A DNA stretch of 47,074 bases. Origin: a virus. Taxonomy: Duplodnaviria > Caudoviricetes. The position numbers and the translations under genes are program-made. The stretch spans positions 1-47,074 of the IMG/VR virus record IMGVR_UViG_3300042368_002048; one strand, given 5' to 3'. The notes under the pieces were generated by a model. That model had not been told where the DNA came from. It saw nothing but the letters and a program-made list of their open reading frames with translations, and made no database searches. Shown one piece after another: positions 1-8,853 of this stretch (its first letter is position 1; every line of letters begins with the position of its first letter).

Positions 1-2
1 AA

Positions 3-557
3 ATAGTATGTTACACTAGCTGTGAGTTATGGGCTCAATGCGCTGGAAAAATATCTAGCTCAACTGAGCCCAAATTTAGATTAATAAATAATGATTATAC
101 AATATCAAAATTATTATTATTTAATAAAATTAAAAATTTAAGAAAATACAATGAGGCGTATAATAAAGTAATCTTTATGCATCCATTTTATTTTAATTCT
201 ATTCATAGAAGTAATTATTTTTTATTTGGAAAAATATATGATTCAATTATAAATAAAAAGAAAATTCAAGTTGGCAATTTAAATTTTTATCGAGATATGG
301 TTCATGCTAGTTTTATTGTTGAGCAAAGCATGTCTTCTACTCAAGATTCTGTTGTTGGAGCGGGTAGGCTCTTTAATGTAAGACAATTCATACAAGATCT
401 TTATAAGATTAATAACGTGGATTTTGATTCTTTTGTTATAGAAGAGTCCAAGCATTTATTAGATAATCAAAAATTAATTATGGCAGATGTCGTAAATGAT
501 TACACATATGAAAAATTAATTTTTGATACTCAGCAAGAAATATTGAACTATAAATAG
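3..557 (+). CDS. NAD-dependent epimerase/dehydratase (extended SDR, GMD-like), 5'-truncated by window edge
   Basis: Frame is open from base 3 upstream of the ORF-track Met at 177: IVCYTSCELW...DYTISK (YxxxK catalytic motif), then FNS.HR...F...KI and GNLNFYRDMVHA, as in GDP-mannose dehydratase-type SDRs. Confidence 0.75.
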   Translation: MVCYTSCELWAQCAGKISSSTEPKFRLINNDYTISKLLLFNKIKNLRKYNEAYNKVIFMHPFYFNSIHRSNYFLFGKIYDSIINKKKIQVGNLNFYRDMVHASFIVEQSMSSTQDSVVGAGRLFNVRQFIQDLYKINNVDFDSFVIEESKHLLDNQKLIMADVVNDYTYEKLIFDTQQEILNYK

Positions 558-563
558 GTTTAT

Positions 564-818
564 ATGGAAACTATAGGTAATTTAATTGACAAATTAACGG
601 TTGTAAATATTAGAATTTGGATGGCGGAAGATATTAAAAGAAATGCTTCCGCATCAGATAAGGAAATTGCTGACGCAACAAGGCTTACCAACATTGCCAA
701 TCAGCAAAGAAACGATTTAATTCAAGAGATTGATGAGCATTTAAATCATATGGTTAATACTGGAAGTCTTCAAAAGTTGTATAAGCAAGGCTCCACGAAG
801 ATGTATGGCAAAAAGTAA
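564..818 (+). CDS. Small helical protein, DUF4254-like
   Basis: ETIGNLIDKLTVVNIRIW...NQQRNDLIQEID pattern recalled for DUF4254/DUF6165 proteins of glycan loci; lies inside the sugar operon. Confidence 0.55.
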   Translation: METIGNLIDKLTVVNIRIWMAEDIKRNASASDKEIADATRLTNIANQQRNDLIQEIDEHLNHMVNTGSLQKLYKQGSTKMYGKK

Positions 819-827
819 AGGCTTTTT

Positions 828-1736
828 ATGAGGATCTTAATTACAGGCGGGGCAGGCTTTATTGGTAGCCATCTCGCGGATAAGTTGTTACAATTAAATC
901 ATGAAGTTTTTGTCCTTGATGATTTGTCTTCTGGTGATTTAAATAATTTATCTTCAAGATGTAAATTTTTTGAAGCTGAAATATGTGATAAAAATTCAAT
1001 TTCGGAAATTTTTGAAAAAATTAAACCAGATGTTGTTTATCATCTAGCAGCGCAGATTAATGTAAGAAAATCTATTACCGATCCTGTTTTAGATGCAGAA
1101 ATTAATACTATTGGAACATTGAACATTTTAAATGAATGTGTTAAACATAAAGTTGAGAAAATTATTTTCTCTTCTTCTGGTGGGGCTATTTATCGAGATG
1201 ATAATGATTTTCTTAAAACAGAAAATTCTGTAATTCAGCCAGCTTCTCCTTATGGAATTTCTAAATGGACAGGCGAGCAGTACATTAAATTCTATAAAGA
1301 AATTTATGGTTTAGACTATACAATATTGAGATTGAGTAATGTCTATGGACCAAGACAAAATAGCAAAGGAGAGGCTGGTGTTATTTCTATATTTATTAAT
1401 AATATTAAAGATAATAAGTCTCTAACTGTTTTTGGCACTGGGGAACAAATAAGAGATTATATCTATGTAGAAGATGTTGCAAATGCCATGGAGCTATCCT
1501 TAAGAGTGTCTGGTATATTTAATGTTTCTACTGGAAAAGAGACAACAGTTAATCAGCTTGTTAATAAAATATGTTTAGAATTTAATTATGACGCCGTAAC
1601 ATACGCTCCCAAAATTGAAGGTGAATTATTTAGAAATTGTCTATCTTCTAAATTGCTGCAGTCTTGTGGGTGGCAAGCCATGCATGACATAGATTCAGGG
1701 CTCAATAAAACAATAAAATATTTTAAAAATAATTGA
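828..1736 (+). CDS. UDP-glucose 4-epimerase-like NAD-dependent epimerase
   Basis: TGGAGFIG Rossmann motif, HLAAQ, SSGGAIY, PYGISK (YxxxK), NVYGPRQ, RDYIYVEDVA. Confidence 0.9.
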   Translation: MRILITGGAGFIGSHLADKLLQLNHEVFVLDDLSSGDLNNLSSRCKFFEAEICDKNSISEIFEKIKPDVVYHLAAQINVRKSITDPVLDAEINTIGTLNILNECVKHKVEKIIFSSSGGAIYRDDNDFLKTENSVIQPASPYGISKWTGEQYIKFYKEIYGLDYTILRLSNVYGPRQNSKGEAGVISIFINNIKDNKSLTVFGTGEQIRDYIYVEDVANAMELSLRVSGIFNVSTGKETTVNQLVNKICLEFNYDAVTYAPKIEGELFRNCLSSKLLQSCGWQAMHDIDSGLNKTIKYFKNN

Positions 1737-1744
1737 AAGAAATT

Positions 1745-2746
1745 ATGAAGAAAGTTTTAATTACTGGCGTTACTGGTCAGACAGGATCTGTTTTAGTTGA
1801 AAAATTTTTAGAACAAAATTTTCAAGTTCACGGAATGATTAGAAGAAATTCTAATTTTAATACTAGAAGAATTGATCATGTTTATAATCATCCTAATTTG
1901 AAATTATTTTATGGAGATTTAGCAGATTATGGCTCTATTTGTTCAGCTGTATCTGATTTAAAACCAGATTATTTTATTAATTGCGGTGCTCAATCTTATG
2001 TAAAAGCATCTTTTGATATTCCTGAGTATACATTTGATATTGATGCTACTGGAACTATCAGATGTCTTGAGGCAATAAGAAAGTTTAGTAAAAATACTAA
2101 GTTTTTACAATGCTCCACTTCAGAGTTATATGGTTCTACTCCGCCCCCTCAAAGCGAAGCTACGCCATTTCATCCACGTTCTCCTTATGGAGCTGCAAAA
2201 ATAGCCGCTTATTGGGCAGTAGTAAATTATCGAGAAGCATATAATATGTTTGCTGTTAACTCGATTTCGTTCAACCATGAAGGGGTGAGACGCTCTGAGC
2301 ATTTCGTTACTCGCAAAATTACCCGAGCAGCCACTAGGATTAAACTTGGTCTTCAAGATAAATTAACTCTTGGAAATCTTGAAGCTAAAAGAGACTGGTG
2401 CGACGCTCGTGATATTGCTCGCGGTCAAATGATGATGTTAGATTCTGATGTTCCAGACGATTATGTTTTATGCTCTGGCAAGTCTCGTTCAGTAAAAGAA
2501 TTTGCTGATATTGTTTTTACTAAGCTTGGTTTAAATTATCAAGATTATGTTGAAGTCTCTGACAAACATTTCCGACCTTCCGAAGTAGATCATCTTTGCG
2601 GCGATTATACAAAAATTAAAAATGCCTTAGGCTGGGAGCCTCAAATTTCTTTTGATCAAATGGTCGAGGAGATGATTGATCACGATTTAAAACTTGCTCA
2701 ACAAGAACAAATTCTCGCTCAAAACGGATTTAAATACACTCTATGA
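1745..2746 (+). CDS. gmd: GDP-mannose 4,6-dehydratase
   Basis: ITGVTGQTG, AQSYVKASF, STSELYG, PRSPYGAAK, FNHE, FVTRKI, LGNLEAKRDW, FRPSEV; ATG at 1745 preferred over TTG at 1733. Confidence 0.92.
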   Translation: MKKVLITGVTGQTGSVLVEKFLEQNFQVHGMIRRNSNFNTRRIDHVYNHPNLKLFYGDLADYGSICSAVSDLKPDYFINCGAQSYVKASFDIPEYTFDIDATGTIRCLEAIRKFSKNTKFLQCSTSELYGSTPPPQSEATPFHPRSPYGAAKIAAYWAVVNYREAYNMFAVNSISFNHEGVRRSEHFVTRKITRAATRIKLGLQDKLTLGNLEAKRDWCDARDIARGQMMMLDSDVPDDYVLCSGKSRSVKEFADIVFTKLGLNYQDYVEVSDKHFRPSEVDHLCGDYTKIKNALGWEPQISFDQMVEEMIDHDLKLAQQEQILAQNGFKYTL

Positions 2747-3702
2747 AAGTTTTGGTTACAGGTGCAGCAGGTTTTATTGGTGCAAACTTCATTAGGAAAT
2801 CCTCTTTCCTAAGAGGAAAAAATCATCAATTTATATCTATTGATAACCTCCTTTATCCTCACAGCAAAAGTAATTTTTATATCAGCAATGGCAAATCAGA
2901 CGGCTTCTACATTGCCGATATTGCCAATAAAAATATTATTGATAATATTTTTGAAATTGAAAAGCCTGATGTGATCGTTCACTTTGCCGCCGAGTCCCAC
3001 GTAGATCATTCTATTCAAACAGCAGCTCCGTTTATACATTCTAATGTTCTGGGAACTCAAACTCTTATTGATGCAGCAGTTAAAAACAATACAAAATTAT
3101 TCTTTTATATTTCTACTGATGAAGTCTATGGTCAGTTAAAAACAGATTCAGAACCTGCCTGGGACGAAAATGCACTAGTAAATCCTCGTAATCCATATTC
3201 TGCTTCTAAGCTCTCTGGTGAGTTCTTGGTGAAAGCTGCTCATGAAACTCATAAGATGCAATATGCAATTAGCCGTTGCTCTAATAACTTTGGTCCTAGG
3301 CAATCTACTAGAAACTTAATTCCTAAAGTTATTAAGAATATTTTTGAAGGAGTGGATGTGCCTATCTATGGTCAAGGACTTCAAATGCGAGAATGGATCT
3401 TTGTAGAAGATCATTGTGAGGCTATCTGGCAAATTATAGACTCAAAGAAATACAATCAAATTTATAATATTTCTACTGGTAATGAAATTACTAATTTAGA
3501 ACTTGTAAATCATATCGCCAATATTATTGGTAAAGGTCATAATTTATTTAAATTTGTTCAGGACCGCCCTGGACATGATTTTAGATATTCTTGTAATTCA
3601 GATAAACTTCGAGCCTTGGGGTGGAAGCCAAGTGGTAAATTTACCAAAGCCCTAGAGGCAACCGTATCCTGGTACGATAATAATAGGTGGTTTTTTAAAT
3701 GA
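2743..3702 (+). CDS. rfbB: dTDP-glucose 4,6-dehydratase
   Basis: TGAAGFIG, HFAAESHVD, STDEVYG, PYSASK, RCSNNFGP, REWIFVEDH, DRPGHDFRY. Confidence 0.92.
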   Translation: MKVLVTGAAGFIGANFIRKSSFLRGKNHQFISIDNLLYPHSKSNFYISNGKSDGFYIADIANKNIIDNIFEIEKPDVIVHFAAESHVDHSIQTAAPFIHSNVLGTQTLIDAAVKNNTKLFFYISTDEVYGQLKTDSEPAWDENALVNPRNPYSASKLSGEFLVKAAHETHKMQYAISRCSNNFGPRQSTRNLIPKVIKNIFEGVDVPIYGQGLQMREWIFVEDHCEAIWQIIDSKKYNQIYNISTGNEITNLELVNHIANIIGKGHNLFKFVQDRPGHDFRYSCNSDKLRALGWKPSGKFTKALEATVSWYDNNRWFFK

Positions 3703-4274
3703 TTAAATATTTCTTTTCCCAAGAAGAGCTGGATGTTTGTAAAAATTTCTCTGAGTCAGTAGACACTTCTCATTATTCTAAGCGAGGTCAAAATAACGAA
3801 CAGAAGCGTCAAAAAGATGCTTTTGTTGGAAAGCTTGGGGAGTATGCTGTTTATAATTCTCTTAAGGGTAAGATTTTAAATATAGTCGAGCCCGATGTTC
3901 AAGTTTATTCTGCAAAGCAAAAGTCTTGGGACTTTGACCTTAAGGGAGATGGAGTTAATATTCACGTTAAAACTCAGGATATTGAACAGGGAGAAAAGTA
4001 TGGAGTCAGTTGGATTTTTCAATACGGCAACGGAAAAAACCAACATTATGATAAAGAAATATTTGACAAAATAACTCCAAATCAATATATTGCATTTGTA
4101 TCTTTATCTTTAAAAGAAAATTTTGCAATTATCAGAGCAATAGTAAAATTAGACTTTCTTCATGATAAGAAATTATTTGGCTTACCTAAGCTAGAACATT
4201 TGCAGAAAGCAAATAAAAAAGCAGTTTACTTAAAAGATATCGAGAGATATTCTTCAGAATTAAACCAATTATAA
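3699..4274 (+). CDS. Putative PD-(D/E)XK restriction-endonuclease-fold protein
   Basis: GKLGEYAV helix, then PD...WDFDL...IHVKTQ spacing typical of the fold; H stands at the D/E position. Confidence 0.45.
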   Translation: MIKYFFSQEELDVCKNFSESVDTSHYSKRGQNNEQKRQKDAFVGKLGEYAVYNSLKGKILNIVEPDVQVYSAKQKSWDFDLKGDGVNIHVKTQDIEQGEKYGVSWIFQYGNGKNQHYDKEIFDKITPNQYIAFVSLSLKENFAIIRAIVKLDFLHDKKLFGLPKLEHLQKANKKAVYLKDIERYSSELNQL

Positions 4275-4295
4275 AATATAATATTCCAAGGATTT

Positions 4296-5615
4296 ATGAT
4301 TAAAACAGAAGAAAAACAAATGGAAAAACCAAACGTAGTAGACGATTTAAACCAAGACACGCTCAGTGCCTTAAAAGCAAAAATGGCAAAGAAAGAGGAT
4401 TCAACCATGTCACCTAAAATTGTAGCACCTAAAAAACGAAGCATTAATCTTGGCGTAGTAGGAACAGGTCAGGGCGGTTCTCGTCTTGCCGAGGCGTTTT
4501 ATTCTCTAGGCTATAGCGCAGTTGTTATGAACACTGCTCCTCAAGACCTTGAGCATGTTATTCTTCCAGAAGAAAATAAACTTCTTCTCCAGTTTGGTCT
4601 CGGCGGCGCAGCTAAAGAACTTGAAATCGGCAAAGAAGCTGCCGAAATGCACCGAGATGCAATTCATCTACTAGTGCAGGAAAAATTAGAAGACGCCCAG
4701 GCTTTCGTAGTCTGTCTTTCTTTAGGTGGCGGTTCAGGCGCAGGCTCTTGCGAGACGGTCATTGATGTACTTGCTTCCATAGGAAAGCCCATGGTAGTTA
4801 TTTCGGTTCTACCCATGACGAATGATGACGCTCAGACAAAACATAATGCATTAGAAACGCTTTCTAAACTTGCCAAATTAGTACAGTCTAAAAAAGTTCA
4901 GTCAATGGTTGTAGTGGATAATGCCAAGATTGAAACTATTTACAGCGATGTATCTCAGCTAGACTTTTTCTCGGTAGCTAATAAAGCCATTGTAGATCCT
5001 ATTGAGCAATTCAATAGCCTCTCATCACAGGCATCGCCTTCAAAAGCCCTTGATTCTACAGAGTGGGCAAAACTTTTAATTGACGGCGAAGGTCTTACAG
5101 TATTTGGATCGCTTACGGTTGAAAATTATCAAGATGAAACCGCAATTGCAGAAGCGGTGGTTACAAATCTTGATCATAATCTCCTTGCGGGAGGCTTTGA
5201 TCTCAAGCATTCTAAATACGCTGGATTTATCGTTGCGGCTAATAAAGAAGTTTGGAGCAAAATTCCAAGCTCATCTGTAAATTATGCTAGGGCACTAATC
5301 CAAGAACATGCCGGAACGCCTAAAGCACTATTTCACGGCATTTATGTTACAGATGACAAAGATGATAATGTTAAAATCTATTCATGCTTTACCGGTCTAT
5401 CACTCCCGGCTAGCCGTGTAGATACGCTCAAAAAAGAAGCAATGGAGCTAATGAGTCAAGCCAAATCAAAAGATACAACTCGTTCATTAAGCTTAACTTT
5501 AGATACGGGTGCTAATGAAACGGTCTCAGCCGCTCAAAAAGTTAAAGACAAGATAGCTGCTAAATCATCTGCATTTGGTAAGTTTATGGGATCGGTAGTT
5601 GATAAACGCAAATGA
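4296..5615 (+). CDS. Tubulin/FtsZ-superfamily GTPase (PhuZ/TubZ/CetZ-like)
   Basis: GTGQGG (T1), NTAPQDL (T2), GGAAK (T3), SLGGGSGAG (T4 signature variant), VVVDN, LDSTE (T7 loop); AAGGA RBS upstream, terminator downstream. Confidence 0.9.
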   Translation: MIKTEEKQMEKPNVVDDLNQDTLSALKAKMAKKEDSTMSPKIVAPKKRSINLGVVGTGQGGSRLAEAFYSLGYSAVVMNTAPQDLEHVILPEENKLLLQFGLGGAAKELEIGKEAAEMHRDAIHLLVQEKLEDAQAFVVCLSLGGGSGAGSCETVIDVLASIGKPMVVISVLPMTNDDAQTKHNALETLSKLAKLVQSKKVQSMVVVDNAKIETIYSDVSQLDFFSVANKAIVDPIEQFNSLSSQASPSKALDSTEWAKLLIDGEGLTVFGSLTVENYQDETAIAEAVVTNLDHNLLAGGFDLKHSKYAGFIVAANKEVWSKIPSSSVNYARALIQEHAGTPKALFHGIYVTDDKDDNVKIYSCFTGLSLPASRVDTLKKEAMELMSQAKSKDTTRSLSLTLDTGANETVSAAQKVKDKIAAKSSAFGKFMGSVVDKRK

Positions 5616-5639
5616 CACACTGTTGAGATAGTGTTTTGA

Positions 5640-5673
5640 TAAGGAGCGGGCAGGACCCGCTCCTTAATTTTTT
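5640..5673 (+). terminator. Intrinsic terminator after tubulin gene
   Basis: TAAGGAGCGGG-cagga-CCCGCTCCTTA 11-bp perfect stem followed by ATTTTTTT. Confidence 0.85.
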
Positions 5674-5708
5674 GTCGAGATTGTTTCTTTTCAAATATAG
5701 GCAATCAT

Positions 5709-7172
5709 ATGAATAAAATAGAAATTTTAGATAGCAAAAAAGCTAAAGTATTTTTTGATGACTCCGAAGATTTTGAAAAATTTAAATCTTTATTATCATT
5801 TAAGGTTTCAGGGGTAGAATATACTAATGCTTATAAGGCTGGGAATTGGGACGGCGTAACTTATATGGTTAATGCTAAAAAAGAATTCCCCATTGGTCTA
5901 TTAGAGCGTGCTAAGTCTTTTTTTAAAAGTAACGCCATTGATTATGAGTTAGTTGATCGTAGGAAATCTATTGAAACGGTAGAGTCTATAGACTTAACTG
6001 AAAAATTAACTCAATTAGAAATGCCCCCTAGAGATTATCAAATAAGGGCAGCTAATATTGTGGAGAAATCAAATTTTGGAATCATTAGAGCTGCTACGGG
6101 TGCGGGTAAAACCCTTATAGCTGCATTAATTGCCGCAAAACTAAATAAGCCTACTATAATTTATGTTATTGGTCTAGATTTGTTAAAACAGTTTCATGAA
6201 TTTTTCTCCCAGGTGTTTGAAGAAGAAATTGGCTACATTGGAAATGGAATATGCAATATTCAAAGAATTAACATTGCCAGCGTTTGGACAGTTGGAAAAG
6301 CATTAGACATCCAATTAGACGATCTCACTTTTGATGATGAAATAAATGAAGAAAAATTTCAAGAAAGCAACAAATACAAAATAATTTCTTTATTGAAAGA
6401 TACGAAGGTTCATTTATTAGATGAATGTCACGTTGCCACAGCAACAACAATCAGATCTATCCATAAAATTATTGATCCTGAATATTTTTATGGATTAAGC
6501 GGCACTCCATTTAGAGAAGATAACTCAGATTTATTAGTTGAAGGTATTTTGGGACCAAAATTAATTGATATCTCTGCTTCTGAGTTAATTGATAAAGAAG
6601 TTTTAGCCCAGCCTATTATTAAATTCATTGAAGTTCCTAAAGAAAAGATTTCTGGACCTTACCAAACAATTTATAAAAATTATATTATTGAAAACCATGT
6701 TAGAAATAATTTAATATTAGAAAACACTATTAAATTAGTAGAAAAAGGCTATAAAGTCTTAATTTTATTTAAAAATATTAAGCATGGAAAGATTTTATCT
6801 GATATTTTTAAAGTTAATAATGTAAAATTTAAAATTTTGTCTGGAAATGACTCTCTAGAAAAAAGAGATGAGGTTAAAAAAGCTATTTACAGTGGTAAAA
6901 TTGATGTTATTTTGGCTTCAACTATTTTTGACATCGGAGTTGATATCAAATGTTTGTCTGCTTTAATTTTGGCAGGTGGTGGTAAAAGTTACGTCAAGGC
7001 TTTACAAAGGATTGGTCGTGTTATACGATCTTATCCTGGCAAGAAGTTTGCCGCCATCGTAGATTTTTATGATGATATTAAATATTTGAAAGCTCATTCT
7101 GTTAATAGGTGTAAAATTTATATGACGGAAAATGGTTTTAAAGTTATTCCTGCCCCAGGCATGAAGGTGTAA
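5709..7172 (+). CDS. SF2 DNA helicase, UvsW-like
   Basis: PRDYQ, ATGAGKT (Walker A), DECH, GLSGTP, QRIGRVIR (motif VI). Confidence 0.9.
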   Translation: MNKIEILDSKKAKVFFDDSEDFEKFKSLLSFKVSGVEYTNAYKAGNWDGVTYMVNAKKEFPIGLLERAKSFFKSNAIDYELVDRRKSIETVESIDLTEKLTQLEMPPRDYQIRAANIVEKSNFGIIRAATGAGKTLIAALIAAKLNKPTIIYVIGLDLLKQFHEFFSQVFEEEIGYIGNGICNIQRINIASVWTVGKALDIQLDDLTFDDEINEEKFQESNKYKIISLLKDTKVHLLDECHVATATTIRSIHKIIDPEYFYGLSGTPFREDNSDLLVEGILGPKLIDISASELIDKEVLAQPIIKFIEVPKEKISGPYQTIYKNYIIENHVRNNLILENTIKLVEKGYKVLILFKNIKHGKILSDIFKVNNVKFKILSGNDSLEKRDEVKKAIYSGKIDVILASTIFDIGVDIKCLSALILAGGGKSYVKALQRIGRVIRSYPGKKFAAIVDFYDDIKYLKAHSVNRCKIYMTENGFKVIPAPGMKV

Positions 7173-7179
7173 GTAAAAA

Positions 7180-7767
7180 ATGGTAGAAACTAAAATTGAA
7201 CAAATCGGAAAGGTTTGGGATACATTTTTTAAAAAGTTATCTAAATATTCAGATCTTTCCGTAGAAGACTGGAAAGAATATCAGCTATTGGGCTATTTGG
7301 TTTCAAGGCTGGAAACATATTTGCAAAGAAAATTTGCATTTTCTTTGTCAGGACAACCTTCAAAGTGTCCTGAAATGTTTTTTATTAAAAAAATCATTTA
7401 CTCCTTGGACACCTCGGACCCAGAGACTGTAAAGTCTTATATAGACTGGGTTTTTGATAAGAAGATAGTTCCATCAAAAGTTAAGCTAAGAAGTATTGGA
7501 TATTTTCACAACTCATCTTTTGCTAATCAGTTTTTAGATGAGAATAAGAAATCAAAACAAATTACACGATCTACAATATTACCTGAAGAGTATAGGACAA
7601 TTGTTAATTTTTTCAAAGCTCCAGCTGAAACTTTTGGGGATCTTGCTTTTATCAAAAAAGTAATTGAATCTAATCCTGAAGACGAAGATTCTTTAACATT
7701 TAAGAAAATGTTTTCTAATCTGATGTCTATAGGATTTAAGGAAGATTGTCTTAGAGATTTAAAATGA
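7180..7767 (+). CDS. Hypothetical protein in replication operon (possible initiator or loader partner)
   Basis: 195-aa ORF coupled between UvsW-like and DnaC-like genes; function suggested by position only. Confidence 0.6.
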   Translation: MVETKIEQIGKVWDTFFKKLSKYSDLSVEDWKEYQLLGYLVSRLETYLQRKFAFSLSGQPSKCPEMFFIKKIIYSLDTSDPETVKSYIDWVFDKKIVPSKVKLRSIGYFHNSSFANQFLDENKKSKQITRSTILPEEYRTIVNFFKAPAETFGDLAFIKKVIESNPEDEDSLTFKKMFSNLMSIGFKEDCLRDLK

Positions 7768-8246
7768 ATTTAGTTGGAAATAAGGTAAAGCTATTTTTGA
7801 TTAACTCTTTATCTGCAGAAGGTGAAGTGGAATCCTGGACAGATGATAAAGTAGTGCTTATTTTAAATGGTAGAAAGCTAATTATTAATAATCCTCAACA
7901 AAACATAATCATGTATTATGTTTTTGATAAAATGCCAGCAGATCCAGCTCCTAAAAAAGATTTTTTTTGGGATGTAAAAGAACCTGAAGTAGATGAGCCT
8001 GTAAAAGATCAAAATTTAAAAATAAAAAAGCTTGCCGAATTAAAGATTATGTCTGCCGAGGCTCAGCGTGAGCAAATTAGAAAAGAATTAACAACATTTA
8101 AACCAATTAATACTGATCAGATATTAGGAAAATATGGAACTCCCAGTTTTATCATCTCTCAGCACAATTCCTCAGAAGAAACTGTCACTCGAAATGCAGA
8201 TGACGCTAGAGGCTTGTCCAAAATGCCAGGGAAAGGCTCTGAATAA
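7764..8246 (+). CDS. Hypothetical protein with possible N-terminal Sm/LSm-like fold
   Basis: LVGNKVKLFLINSLSAEGEVESWTDDKVVL...LII...I resembles the Sm1/Sm2 pattern; ATGA-type overlap with upstream gene. Confidence 0.5.
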   Translation: MNLVGNKVKLFLINSLSAEGEVESWTDDKVVLILNGRKLIINNPQQNIIMYYVFDKMPADPAPKKDFFWDVKEPEVDEPVKDQNLKIKKLAELKIMSAEAQREQIRKELTTFKPINTDQILGKYGTPSFIISQHNSSEETVTRNADDARGLSKMPGKGSE

Positions 8247-8853
8247 AGCTTGTCAAGATTGCAATGCCCTGAATGGTATCTTGCAGAGATTTGCTAATGC
8301 AAATATACCCGTGAGATATTGGAGGCTAAAAATGTCAGAGTTTTTAGGTCCTTCTGCTTTGAAGAAAATTTATGACGAAACCTCTTCCAATCTTGACCGA
8401 GCATATAAAGAAGGGTTATCTTTTTGCTTGACTGGAAGTCACGGTGTAGGTAAAACTATGACCGTCACTAGTATTTTAAGATCCGCTCTAGCTAAAGGTT
8501 ACAGCGGGTTTTATACTACTTTAAATCAAATAGTTTTAAGCTTGACATCTCAATCGGAAGAATCCAGGATAGACATTAGAAAAGCTTATACTTCTGTAGA
8601 TTTTCTAATTATTGATGAGTTTGACCCTCGCCACATGGGGTCTGATAATGCTTCTGATTTATTTGGCAGAATTTTAGAAGATATTTTTAGAACAAGAGTT
8701 CAGAATAATTTGCCCACTTTAATGTGTACTAATTCGCCTAATGTCCAAGAGTCTTTCCAAGGATCAATTAAAACTAGCATTACAAGTTTAATGAGTTACG
8801 TTAAAGAGATTCCAGTGATTGGCAAAGATATGCGCAAGGAGAAAAAGCTATGA
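8134..8853 (+). CDS. DnaC/IstB-like AAA+ helicase loader
   Basis: N-terminal CPKC...CQDC, ANIPVRY, GSHGVGKT Walker A, LIIDEF Walker B, R...LPTLMCTN. Confidence 0.85.
   Translation: MELPVLSSLSTIPQKKLSLEMQMTLEACPKCQGKALNKACQDCNALNGILQRFANANIPVRYWRLKMSEFLGPSALKKIYDETSSNLDRAYKEGLSFCLTGSHGVGKTMTVTSILRSALAKGYSGFYTTLNQIVLSLTSQSEESRIDIRKAYTSVDFLIIDEFDPRHMGSDNASDLFGRILEDIFRTRVQNNLPTLMCTNSPNVQESFQGSIKTSITSLMSYVKEIPVIGKDMRKEKKL

Noticed and set aside
5616-5708. tubC-like centromere or TubR gene beside the tubulin
   Set aside because: The gap holds only a terminator; no iterated repeats and no small adaptor gene are adjacent
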